A stretch of 54,334 bases of DNA, from the NCBI GenBank assembly GCA_051868045.1, contig JBJDZN010000078.1, forward strand, positions 1-54,334. Direction: 5' to 3'. The position numbers and the translations under genes are program-made. Numbering within the stretch: position 1 is the stretch's first letter; every line of letters begins with the position of its first letter. The stretch is from Eubacteriales bacterium. Its GTDB lineage: Bacteria > Bacillota > Clostridia > Oscillospirales > CAG-272. Positions 17,348 through 25,800 of this stretch are shown piece after piece. A model generated the notes under the pieces. That model ran no database searches. It saw only the letters and a list, made by a program, of their open reading frames with translations, and had not been told where the DNA came from.

Positions 17348-17526
17348 AAATTGGATTGGATTGGAAGGCAACAAATTCGGACAATATTCGTTCTTCTGTC
17401 CACGGGGGTTCGCTTTTCGGTTCGCATTATGCTTATCGTTGACACAGATTATCAGCCAAAAAGCACCTGACCTTTCCCAAAGACGGGTTGACGGCAGATG
17501 AATCCCCGACTTTTCCGTAAAAGGAG

Positions 17527-18534
17527 TTGGTTTACATCAAGAAATTCAATCGGATAGCGTATATATTGCTGTCTGTGCTGGTGGGAATCTTCCTGCTGGT
17601 TGCCGTATGCGCATCCTTTGCCGGCGATAACAGCCTGTTCACCGGTGATGGCGAGTCGATTCTGAGTCAGTGGGTACCTCTGATTCTGTTTTCGGTTTAT
17701 GCCCTGATACAGGTAGGCTGTCTTGCCCTCTACCGCTTCGGATTTGGAGTCTATAAGATCGGTTTTGTCCTTCTTCATGTGGGAATTCTGGTCATGCTGG
17801 TGGGATTTCTCGCCGGTGCTCTGGGAGGAGAGCAGAGCTACTTCAATCTGACTACAGGCAGTTATTATGACGGCTATTATGACAGCACCGGTAACTACAA
17901 CAGCCTTGGTTTTGGCATTCAGATCACCGATTTCACGGTGGAAAAGTACGAAAGCGGCTCGGATAAACACTATCACGCCGACCTGCTGATCACTGACACG
18001 TCAACAGGCGTTCAGGAAGAGGCAGTGCTGGAAGTCAATCACACCTATCGGAACAAGGGATGGAAGATCTATCTCATGTCTTACAGCGACGGCAAAACGG
18101 TGGGAGAGCTTGCAAACCGTCAGATTGACAACTCCTTTGAGGCAAACGGCTGGACTGAGCTTGCCGAAAAGATTGCCGCAGTGTACCCTGTGGATGCCGA
18201 GACAAGTTATCTGTGCTATAATCTGAATTCGGGTACCTATCGTGAGACGACAACGGACGCTTTGACCGTCAGTGCCACCATGCCCCTTTACGGTCATGTC
18301 GTGGTCGAGAACGGAAAGCTGACGATCTATGTTTACCCCGAGCAGGAGCTTCTCCTGTTCAAACAGGATCCCGGAGAATATGCTGTGCTGGTCGGCATGA
18401 TCATGATCTTTGTGGGTGCCGTTATGACCTGTCTTCTGCCCCGGCGGAAAAATACCGATAAGGATGAGACAGTGAAGACGAATGCCGACAGGGATTGTGA
18501 AAAATCCTCGGGCGGAAAGGCGGGTAAATCATGA
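17527..18534 (+). CDS. resB: Cytochrome c biogenesis protein ResB/CcsB (System II), short form
   Basis: 335 aa. It has an N-terminal TM, a TM with a conserved His (FVLLHVGILVMLVG), the ResB-type periplasmic signatures ITDFTVEKYESGSDKHYHADLLI and VNHTYRNKGWKIYLMSY, and a C-terminal TM. The stop overlaps the ccsA start (ATGA at 18531-18534). The start is uncertain because the TTG at 17527 directly abuts AAGGAG (17521-17526). Confidence 0.8.
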   Translation: MVYIKKFNRIAYILLSVLVGIFLLVAVCASFAGDNSLFTGDGESILSQWVPLILFSVYALIQVGCLALYRFGFGVYKIGFVLLHVGILVMLVGFLAGALGGEQSYFNLTTGSYYDGYYDSTGNYNSLGFGIQITDFTVEKYESGSDKHYHADLLITDTSTGVQEEAVLEVNHTYRNKGWKIYLMSYSDGKTVGELANRQIDNSFEANGWTELAEKIAAVYPVDAETSYLCYNLNSGTYRETTTDALTVSATMPLYGHVVVENGKLTIYVYPEQELLLFKQDPGEYAVLVGMIMIFVGAVMTCLLPRRKNTDKDETVKTNADRDCEKSSGGKAGKS

Positions 18535-19349
18535 CAGGACCGATTTTAAAGGTTATCGCACTTATCGCCGCCTTTCTCTACGGCGGGGCATTTGTTCTGG
18601 AGCTGATGTACGGGAATGCCCGGAAAAAGAATGACGATGAACAGGCGGCGAAAAGACTCCGTCTGATCAGCCGGACTTTCTGGGGACTGGGATTTGCGGC
18701 AAATCTGACCCTTGTGGTCAACAACTATCTGCATAACGGGTATGTTCCTTTTGTCAGTATCTATCAGGTTCTGACCTTCCTTGGAATCTGCTTTCTTCCT
18801 ATCTATTTCTATATGCATCTCGTCCGCAGGGGAGAGTGGATGGCACGGTATTTTACACTGGTACCCACGGTGATCATGTTGGGACTGGTCTTCATGGATG
18901 CGACCGATGTCTGGGAATTTCCTCCTGCACTTCAGTCGCCCTGGTTCGTCCCCCATATTCTGGTTTATATGATTGCCTATACCATGGGGGCCGTGGAATT
19001 TCTCATGTGCGTTCAGTCGGTGTTCACCACCAGCCGAAAGGATAAACTCCGTCTGGAGGGCGGCGTGTATGACTGCGTCTGCTTCCTGTTCCCCTTCATG
19101 ACCATGGGAATGTTCTTCGGAGCCATCTGGGCAAACGAGGTCTGGGGAGCCTTCTGGGCATGGGACTTCAAGGAGATCTGGTCTCTGGCAACATGGCTGA
19201 TCTATATGCTGTATCTCCACTTCAGAAGGGAACCGAAGCTGAAAAACATCGCTCCCGTTTTTGCGCTGCTGGGATTTGTGGGAATCGTTATTACCTTCCT
19301 TTTTGTGCAGTTTATTCCCGCAGCGTCTATGCACACCTATTCAACTTAA
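18531..19349 (+). CDS. ccsA: Cytochrome c biogenesis protein CcsA/ResC (haem handling, WWD domain)
   Basis: 272 aa, polytopic. Tryptophan-rich WWD motif WANEVWGAFWAWDFKEIWSLATW, with flanking His residues (PHILVYM, YLHF). Confidence 0.9.
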   Translation: MTGPILKVIALIAAFLYGGAFVLELMYGNARKKNDDEQAAKRLRLISRTFWGLGFAANLTLVVNNYLHNGYVPFVSIYQVLTFLGICFLPIYFYMHLVRRGEWMARYFTLVPTVIMLGLVFMDATDVWEFPPALQSPWFVPHILVYMIAYTMGAVEFLMCVQSVFTTSRKDKLRLEGGVYDCVCFLFPFMTMGMFFGAIWANEVWGAFWAWDFKEIWSLATWLIYMLYLHFRREPKLKNIAPVFALLGFVGIVITFLFVQFIPAASMHTYST

Positions 19350-19398
19350 GTCAATTGATTCATACCAATACAGGATAAGATTTAGGAGGTTATTTGGA

Positions 19399-21675
19399 AT
19401 GAAGCCAAAAGAAAAACAATCATCCTCATCCAAGCCGGACAGCGGCAGAAAATTCCTGCTCAGACGCTTTGGCATCTTTGCGGGTTTGACTCTGACGATG
19501 GCGGCATTGTTGGTGGGTCTTCTTGCCTGCAACAGAAATAAGCCGGGGGACACGTCAACGGATAATACGAACACAACTCCCCCGTCCACGACCGTTCCTT
19601 CCGGTGATTATCATTCGCCATCGGGCATATCCATGTCGGAAGATGGCGCATATGCCTATGTATCGGATGAGACGGGCTGTGCAGTCTACAAGATCAACAC
19701 GGCAGACGGCAGTATTGCGGCAAGCTATGTATCGGATCTGGCAGTACATAACGTAGTCGCAAGCGGAGATCGGGTATATGTTACCGAAGGAGCACTGGGC
19801 GGCAAGCTGGTGGTGCTGGACACCAATCTGGCGACCGTAGGCTCTGTTGTCACCGGTCATACTCCTTATGACGTGGTGATCACCGGAAATACCGCATATG
19901 TGGCAAACCGCTTCTCCAACAGCGTATCGGTGGTGGATCTGGGATCCATGACTGAGACCAAGGAAATCCCCGTCACCAGAGAGCCTGAGTCCATGGCACT
20001 TGCCGGAACAGAACTGTTTGTTGCCTGCCATCTTCCCGAAGATGCTGCCAACAGTGATGTTGTCAGCGCAAATGTGGATGTCATCGACACGGCAAGCAAT
20101 ACCGTCACCAAATCCATCAGTCTGGTCAACGGTGCGGGAAATGTGAAGGACATCGTGGTCACTTCCGACGGAAAGACCGCCTATGTGTCTCATGTGGTCG
20201 CTCACTATCAGTATCCGACCACCCAGCTTGACGCCGGATGGGTCAATACCAATGGTATCTCGGTTATTGATGTTGCCTCCAAGGAGGTCAAATACACCTT
20301 CCTTTTGGACGATCTGGAGCATGGCGCAGCCAATCCCTGGGGTCTGGCACTGTCTGAGGATAATTCCTACCTTTACTGCGCAATTGCGGGAACCGGTGAA
20401 CTGATCCGCACCAATCTGTCCAAACTGTCAACGCTGGTTTCCCGTGCCGGGAAGACCGGTTCTGCGGTAAGCGATGTTTCCGAGATTGTCAACTACATTC
20501 CTTTTGCGGCAACCGTTAAGGAGCGTATCGAACTGGGTGGAACCGGTGCCAGAGCCATTGCTTATGCCAACGGCAATGTCTATGTTGCCGAGTATTTTAC
20601 CGGCGATGTGAAGGTTGTGGACGGTAAGAATATGTCCGTTTCTTCTACGCTGCCAATCGGAACTCAGCCCGAAGCCGATGATGTTCGTCAAGGCGAGATC
20701 TATTGGAACGATGCCACCATCTGTTACCAGAACTGGCAGTCCTGCTCTTCCTGTCATCCTGACGCAAGATCGGGCGGCTTTAACTGGGATGAGTTGGGCG
20801 ACGGAATCGGGACGCCCAAGAATACCAAGAGCATGGTGATGTCCCTGCGGACTCCCGCTGCACTGGCAACCGGTATCGAACCCACTGCCGAGAGTAATAT
20901 CTACGGAAGCGTCAGCGGCACGCCTCTTATGAATGCCACAGCCGAGTCGGGTCATATTTCTGAGACGATCATTGCTTATTTGAAGTCTATCATTCCTGAA
21001 TCTTCACCTTATCTGAACGATGACGGAACTTTGAGCGATCTGGCTAAGCAGGGTAAGGAACTGTTCTCTGAGTACAACTGCTCAAAGTGTCACCCTGCTC
21101 CCCTCTATACGGATATGACGATTCGTAATACCACAACAACGGAGTTTGATCCCTCATGGGAACAGAGTCCTATGGATACCCCCACTTTGGTTGAAATTTG
21201 GCGTAGTGCTCCGTGGACCTATATCGGACACTTTACCGATATGACCGAGCTGGTAAAGTATATGGCAAATCAGTGGGGAAAGACCATCTCCGATGAGAAT
21301 GCCAAGGCACTGGCAGAATATGTTCTCTCCATTGGTTTGGAGGGCGAGACCTACGGAGCAGAGCAGATTCTCAACAGCGACAGTTCCTACAATACGCTGG
21401 TACCCGGTACTACGATCCGCTCTCTGACGGTTCGCCAGCAGGAAGAGGGCGCACCGAATGCAACGGTTACCCTGACCCTGTATGATGCAAGCGGCAATGT
21501 GATCGGTTCCGCCAGCGGCAGTATCACCGCAGGCGACTACAATACCATCTTCAATGTCACGCTTGATAAGGAAATCTCCGTTCCCGAAAACATCGGAGCA
21601 GATGCGTACTATGTGGTATCCATTAAGGACGCATCCGGCAATAATCTGGCAACAGATTTGAAAATCACCAACTGA
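19399..21675 (+). CDS. Lipoprotein: YVTN-type beta-propeller fused to a di-haem cytochrome c peroxidase/MauG-like domain, plus a C-terminal beta-sandwich-like tail
   Basis: 758 aa from the ATG at 19399 (RBS AGGAGG 19384-19389). Lipobox LLAC (Cys44). Repeated propeller blades: AYAYVSDETGCAVYKIN, GDRVYVTEG..LVVLD, NTAYVANRFSNSVSVVD, KTAYVSH, NVYVAEYFTGDVKVVD. Haem sites are CSSCH (nt 20743-20757) in GEIYWND...QSCSSCHPD and CSKCH (nt 21079-21093) in GKELFSEYNCSKCHPAPLYTD. TPTLVEIWRSAPWTYIGHF follows, matching the CCP PSLRN..APY.H.G pattern. Confidence 0.85.
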   Translation: MKPKEKQSSSSKPDSGRKFLLRRFGIFAGLTLTMAALLVGLLACNRNKPGDTSTDNTNTTPPSTTVPSGDYHSPSGISMSEDGAYAYVSDETGCAVYKINTADGSIAASYVSDLAVHNVVASGDRVYVTEGALGGKLVVLDTNLATVGSVVTGHTPYDVVITGNTAYVANRFSNSVSVVDLGSMTETKEIPVTREPESMALAGTELFVACHLPEDAANSDVVSANVDVIDTASNTVTKSISLVNGAGNVKDIVVTSDGKTAYVSHVVAHYQYPTTQLDAGWVNTNGISVIDVASKEVKYTFLLDDLEHGAANPWGLALSEDNSYLYCAIAGTGELIRTNLSKLSTLVSRAGKTGSAVSDVSEIVNYIPFAATVKERIELGGTGARAIAYANGNVYVAEYFTGDVKVVDGKNMSVSSTLPIGTQPEADDVRQGEIYWNDATICYQNWQSCSSCHPDARSGGFNWDELGDGIGTPKNTKSMVMSLRTPAALATGIEPTAESNIYGSVSGTPLMNATAESGHISETIIAYLKSIIPESSPYLNDDGTLSDLAKQGKELFSEYNCSKCHPAPLYTDMTIRNTTTTEFDPSWEQSPMDTPTLVEIWRSAPWTYIGHFTDMTELVKYMANQWGKTISDENAKALAEYVLSIGLEGETYGAEQILNSDSSYNTLVPGTTIRSLTVRQQEEGAPNATVTLTLYDASGNVIGSASGSITAGDYNTIFNVTLDKEISVPENIGADAYYVVSIKDASGNNLATDLKITN

Positions 21676-21692
21676 ACAGGAGGTCAGATGAA

Positions 21693-24600
21693 ATGAACGA
21701 GACAAAACGAAAAGGACTTCTTGGAAAAATTCTGGTTCTCTCTGTGGCACTTGTCATGATCGTGACGCTGGTGTGCATTGCACTGCCGTCCGAAAGTTAT
21801 GCGGCGACCACCATTGAGAGATCCGAAATGCTGGACGATATGATGAACATGGCGACCAGCTATGTTGTCGTCTACCATAAGCAGCTTGGCGGATCCCACT
21901 ACGCCTATTCCGAAGGTTTGGCAGAAGAGTCAAACGATGGCAGTACCAGCGTAGAGGGTAACGAATCAGTCTTCAATCCCGGTTCCAAGATGACTCTTAT
22001 CACCCTTTCCTATCAGGATGGTAATGTCGTTAAGGAAGAAGCAACACTTGTCAGATGCAGCAGCGGTGTCATCCGTGATCCTGACGTGTCGCCGGACGGA
22101 ACGAAGATCGTATTCTCCATGAAGGAGAAGTCAACCGATGATTACCACCTGTACATTTTCGATCTGACCACCGGTAAGAAGACGCAGATCACCTTCGGCA
22201 GCGGTGTTGCTGATATCGAACCCGTCTTCTGTGCCGACGGCAGCATTATCTTCAACTCTACCCGTGACATTCAGACGGTTGATTGCTGGATAACTCCTGT
22301 CTCCAACCTCTATAAGTGTGATGCCGACGGCAGTAATATTACCCGTCTGGGATACGATCAGGTTCATACCACCTATCCCACCACAACCGAAGACGGTCGT
22401 ATCCTTTATACCCGTTGGGACTACAACGACCGGACTCAGATGTATGTCCAGGCAATCTTCCAGATGTTTGCCGACGGTACCAATCAGACCGAGGTTTACG
22501 GTAACGATCTGTCCAACCCTACTTCGCTGATTCACACCCGTGAAATCCCCGGCGCAGACGGTAAGTATATCACCATCACCTGCGGACATCACCAGGTACA
22601 GTGCGGTAAACTGGCGATCCTGAATACCAATCTGGGCAGAGACGTGTCGTCTGCAATCGACTATGTCTGGGACGACAGTTACACGAAGCAGCTTGAAAGT
22701 TCCTACGATAATGATACGGCATATTATCAGCAGGGAAGAGTCTATAAGTACCCTTATGCCATCAATGAGGACACCTTCCTTGTTTCTACAGCAGAAACCT
22801 ATTCCGGTGTCAGCACCGCCTTCAATATCGAACTGATTAACACAAATGGAGACTCGGTTGTGATTGCCGAAGGTAATACCAGCTTCCCGGCAAGCCAGAT
22901 CGTTCCGATCAAGACGACAGCTCTGTTCAACCGTGCCTCTCTTGTCGACTACAGTATGAATTACGGCTACTTCTATGTCGGCAATGTTTATGACGGTCAG
23001 GATATTGCGGTCGGTACCGTCAAGTATCTGCGTGTTGTAGGACTTGAGTTCCGCTCTTCTGCAATCGGTGCAACCAACGGCAGAGGCACCGGTTCTTCCG
23101 ACCCCTACTCCCCTGTTTCAACCGGTAACGGTTCATGGGATGTCAAGGAGGTTTTGGGTATTGTACCTGTCTACGAGGATGGATCAGCACTCTTTACCTG
23201 TCCTGCGGGCATACCGGTCTACTTCCAGCTATTGGATGAGAACGGCTATGTGGTGCAGACCATGCGAAGCTGGTCTACCCTCCAACCCGGCGAATACTTC
23301 TCCTGTATCGGATGCCATGTGGATAAGAATCAGGCACCCTCTACCAATGCCAAAGTCACGCTTGCCATGAATAACGGCGTCTGCGAGTTGCAGCCTGATC
23401 TGTGGATGTCCTCCTTTGAGGAATATGAGGGCTTCGATCCCTATGTGGACGATCCGATCGGATTTGATTATCTTACCGTTGTTCAGCCCATTCTGGATCA
23501 GAGCTGCGTAAGTTGTCACAGCGACTCTGTCACCGCTTATAAGGATATTGCGGCAACTGCACTGGGCGAAGGCTTTGATGCGACACTGGCTGACTACCTG
23601 TTCACGACCCGTGACAGCTGGTACTATACCACTACGACACCTGCGGCTGATTGGAAGACCGCCGATGTCAGCGCAGACTGGACACTGGACTACGGTCCCT
23701 TCGGTAAGATCGGTACCGCTCCCGGCTCCATCAATACCGTCTGGACTTCCAATGAGATCTATCTGAGAAAGACGGTTTCGGTCACCAATGCTGAACTGAA
23801 CTCCTACTTGCTGAATCTCTACCTGGCTTATACCGGTACGGTTGAGATTTCGGTCAACGGAACCGTTATCTATACCGGATCCGGCGAACAGACCCAGTTT
23901 ACCAATGTCACCCTGTCCGGCGACGCAGTCAAAGCGTTCAAGCTTGGAAACAATGAGATCGCAGTCAAAGTGACGGCAACCTCTTCGGGCGGTCAGTTCT
24001 TTGACATGGCATTGATCCGGAGTCTGGGTGGCTCGTCCGGAAGCTCTGGCGGAACGGTGACCCTCTTCTCCAAGGGATCCGAATGGACTTATACCACCAG
24101 TTCTGCCGACAGTTACGGCTTCGGAACTGCTGGCGATTGGACTTCAGCCGACTTCGATACCACCGGATGGCTGACCGGTAAGACTCCCTTCGGCAACCGT
24201 GTGGTTGGTCAGACGACCGATTGGGCGACCAAGGGCAATAACTACCTGTGGGCAAGAAAAACCTTCACCGTAGATGATCTTTCCGATCTGGGTGCCTCCT
24301 TCGGTCTGTACATGAACGTCTTCTATGACGATGACTTCTATGTCTTCCTCAACGGTCACCTGATCTTCAGTAACCCCGGAAAGTGGAACGATGCTTATGA
24401 GGACATCAAGACCACCGGCGCAGCCTATGTAAAGCAGGGCGAGAACGTGATCGCCATCTGCCTGCATCAACATGACGGCGGCTATGAGTTTGACATGAGC
24501 CTGTATACGGTTCCGACGGCAAGCAATGTGGAAATCTCTCTGCAGAGTACCGATGTTTATGCCCGCCGTATGAAGAAGGCATTCCCTCTGTCCTATCTGG

Positions 24601-25763
24601 TGCTGACTGCATCCAAGGGCGAGAGCAGCGGACAGTTTGTTGCAACTTCTGTCAATAAGTATACCAACTGGGTATCTTCCATGAGCCAGTGTGAAATGCT
24701 CAGCCCCTATTCCTACGGCGCATATAAGTCCAATCTGATCAAGATGCTCCGTGAAGGTCACGGTGATCTGACCGAAGAGGAAATTCGTGCGATCGCTTGC
24801 TGGATTGACCTCGGCGTTCCCTGCTACGGTACTTACGATGTGAAGGAGTACTGGGGAACCAATGAGATCCGCGAGTTCGAGGAAGAGGAAAATAAGCGTG
24901 AGTTCTACGAAAAACTCAACGAGTATGCTATCCTTGCCCGTGCCGGTCAGACCCCTGCCGGTGAGATTACCATCTCCTATACTCACAGTTCCAGTGTGGA
25001 TTCCGTTACCGGTGAGGGTATGGTTACCCTGTACTACGATTCCAAATATGCGGCAGGTGATACCATTTCGGTAAAACTTCCCGACGGTCAGAAGTATCTG
25101 GGACTGTCCCTGTCCTCCAGAGTCGGAGAGAGCATCATTTACTGCCCGAACTCCACCTTTGAGATGACCCTGCCCGATCTCAGAACCTGCTATCCCAATA
25201 CCATGGATCCCAACCTGGCAGTCGATTATATTGTGAATACCATTACCGCAAGAATCGTTCCCGAGAGCGAATTGACGGAGGTTCACAATCTTGCCCAGAA
25301 CTCTTATGACCTGACCAATGCCAGTGGTTCCTATCCTCATGTGACGGCATCCTCGGTCAAGGAAAATAAGGCATATTTCGAAGCCCGCAACCTGATTGAC
25401 GGCTTCACGGCAAACCGTGATAAGGGCGAGTATCCGAGCCAGTCCTGGGAGGCTCAGAAGTTTGACGAAAGCACGACGCTGACCATCGACTTCGGTCGGA
25501 CCGTGAAGGTCGATGAACTGGTATTCTATATCCGTCGCGCAAGCGGTGACTCTTACTTCACCAATTGCACGGTAACGCTGTCTGACGGAACCGTTCTGCC
25601 TCTGTCGCTGACCGATTCCCGTGACGCACAGACCATTGATCTCGGCGGCGTTGAGACCACGTCCCTGACCTTCTCCGGATTTGTTGTCGAGACTTCGATC
25701 AACAACGGTTCTTATGCCGGAATTTCCGAGATTCAGGTTATGGGTACCGAGGTACTCGGATAA
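21693..25763 (+). CDS. Giant secreted protein: PD40/TolB-like beta-propeller, two CxxCH haem c sites (HzsA-like arrangement), two galactose-binding-like modules and a C-terminal F5/8 type C (discoidin) domain
   Basis: 1356 aa with RBS AGGAGG 21678-21683 and signal peptide ...CIALPSESYA/AT. PD40-type blades: DPDVSPDGTKIVFSM...YHLYIFDLTTGKKTQITFG, PVFCADGSIIFNS, TTEDGRILYTRWDYNDR. Haem sites are CIGCH (nt 23304-23318) and CVSCH (nt 23505-23519). Two similar modules occur: WTLDYGPFGK...IYLRKTV...VEISVNGTVIY and GWLTGKTPFGN...LWARKTF...DDFYVFLNGHLIF. The C-terminus is discoidin-like: NLIDGF...TLTIDFGRTVKVDELVFYIRR...GISEIQVMG. Confidence 0.85.
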   Translation: MNETKRKGLLGKILVLSVALVMIVTLVCIALPSESYAATTIERSEMLDDMMNMATSYVVVYHKQLGGSHYAYSEGLAEESNDGSTSVEGNESVFNPGSKMTLITLSYQDGNVVKEEATLVRCSSGVIRDPDVSPDGTKIVFSMKEKSTDDYHLYIFDLTTGKKTQITFGSGVADIEPVFCADGSIIFNSTRDIQTVDCWITPVSNLYKCDADGSNITRLGYDQVHTTYPTTTEDGRILYTRWDYNDRTQMYVQAIFQMFADGTNQTEVYGNDLSNPTSLIHTREIPGADGKYITITCGHHQVQCGKLAILNTNLGRDVSSAIDYVWDDSYTKQLESSYDNDTAYYQQGRVYKYPYAINEDTFLVSTAETYSGVSTAFNIELINTNGDSVVIAEGNTSFPASQIVPIKTTALFNRASLVDYSMNYGYFYVGNVYDGQDIAVGTVKYLRVVGLEFRSSAIGATNGRGTGSSDPYSPVSTGNGSWDVKEVLGIVPVYEDGSALFTCPAGIPVYFQLLDENGYVVQTMRSWSTLQPGEYFSCIGCHVDKNQAPSTNAKVTLAMNNGVCELQPDLWMSSFEEYEGFDPYVDDPIGFDYLTVVQPILDQSCVSCHSDSVTAYKDIAATALGEGFDATLADYLFTTRDSWYYTTTTPAADWKTADVSADWTLDYGPFGKIGTAPGSINTVWTSNEIYLRKTVSVTNAELNSYLLNLYLAYTGTVEISVNGTVIYTGSGEQTQFTNVTLSGDAVKAFKLGNNEIAVKVTATSSGGQFFDMALIRSLGGSSGSSGGTVTLFSKGSEWTYTTSSADSYGFGTAGDWTSADFDTTGWLTGKTPFGNRVVGQTTDWATKGNNYLWARKTFTVDDLSDLGASFGLYMNVFYDDDFYVFLNGHLIFSNPGKWNDAYEDIKTTGAAYVKQGENVIAICLHQHDGGYEFDMSLYTVPTASNVEISLQSTDVYARRMKKAFPLSYLVLTASKGESSGQFVATSVNKYTNWVSSMSQCEMLSPYSYGAYKSNLIKMLREGHGDLTEEEIRAIACWIDLGVPCYGTYDVKEYWGTNEIREFEEEENKREFYEKLNEYAILARAGQTPAGEITISYTHSSSVDSVTGEGMVTLYYDSKYAAGDTISVKLPDGQKYLGLSLSSRVGESIIYCPNSTFEMTLPDLRTCYPNTMDPNLAVDYIVNTITARIVPESELTEVHNLAQNSYDLTNASGSYPHVTASSVKENKAYFEARNLIDGFTANRDKGEYPSQSWEAQKFDESTTLTIDFGRTVKVDELVFYIRRASGDSYFTNCTVTLSDGTVLPLSLTDSRDAQTIDLGGVETTSLTFSGFVVETSINNGSYAGISEIQVMGTEVLG

Positions 25764-25800
25764 TCCCTGACAGCAAAATCAGTGCTGTTGAATAAGTAAT

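Noticed and set aside
19261-19398. Upstream extensions of ORF-track starts (19261 for the lipoprotein; similarly 7063 for secG, 28191 for GH25, 16320 for araC, 40538 for spoIIAA, 40003 for spoIIAB)
   Set aside because: The extensions overlap upstream genes or promoter boxes and lack an SD. Downstream ATGs with proper SD spacing give N-termini that match family expectations.
19450-19530. LLRRFGIF in the signal peptide of the propeller-CCP lipoprotein as a possible twin-arginine (Tat) motif
   Set aside because: It does not fit the S/T-R-R-x-F-L-K consensus well. Also, c-type cytochromes matured by System II are exported unfolded via Sec. I interpret it as a Sec/SPII lipoprotein signal (lipobox LLAC).
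24144-25340. 398-aa ORF on the minus strand inside the giant haem protein gene
   Set aside because: It is a shadow ORF. The plus-strand frame is continuous for 1356 codons, with coherent domains and a discoidin C-terminus.
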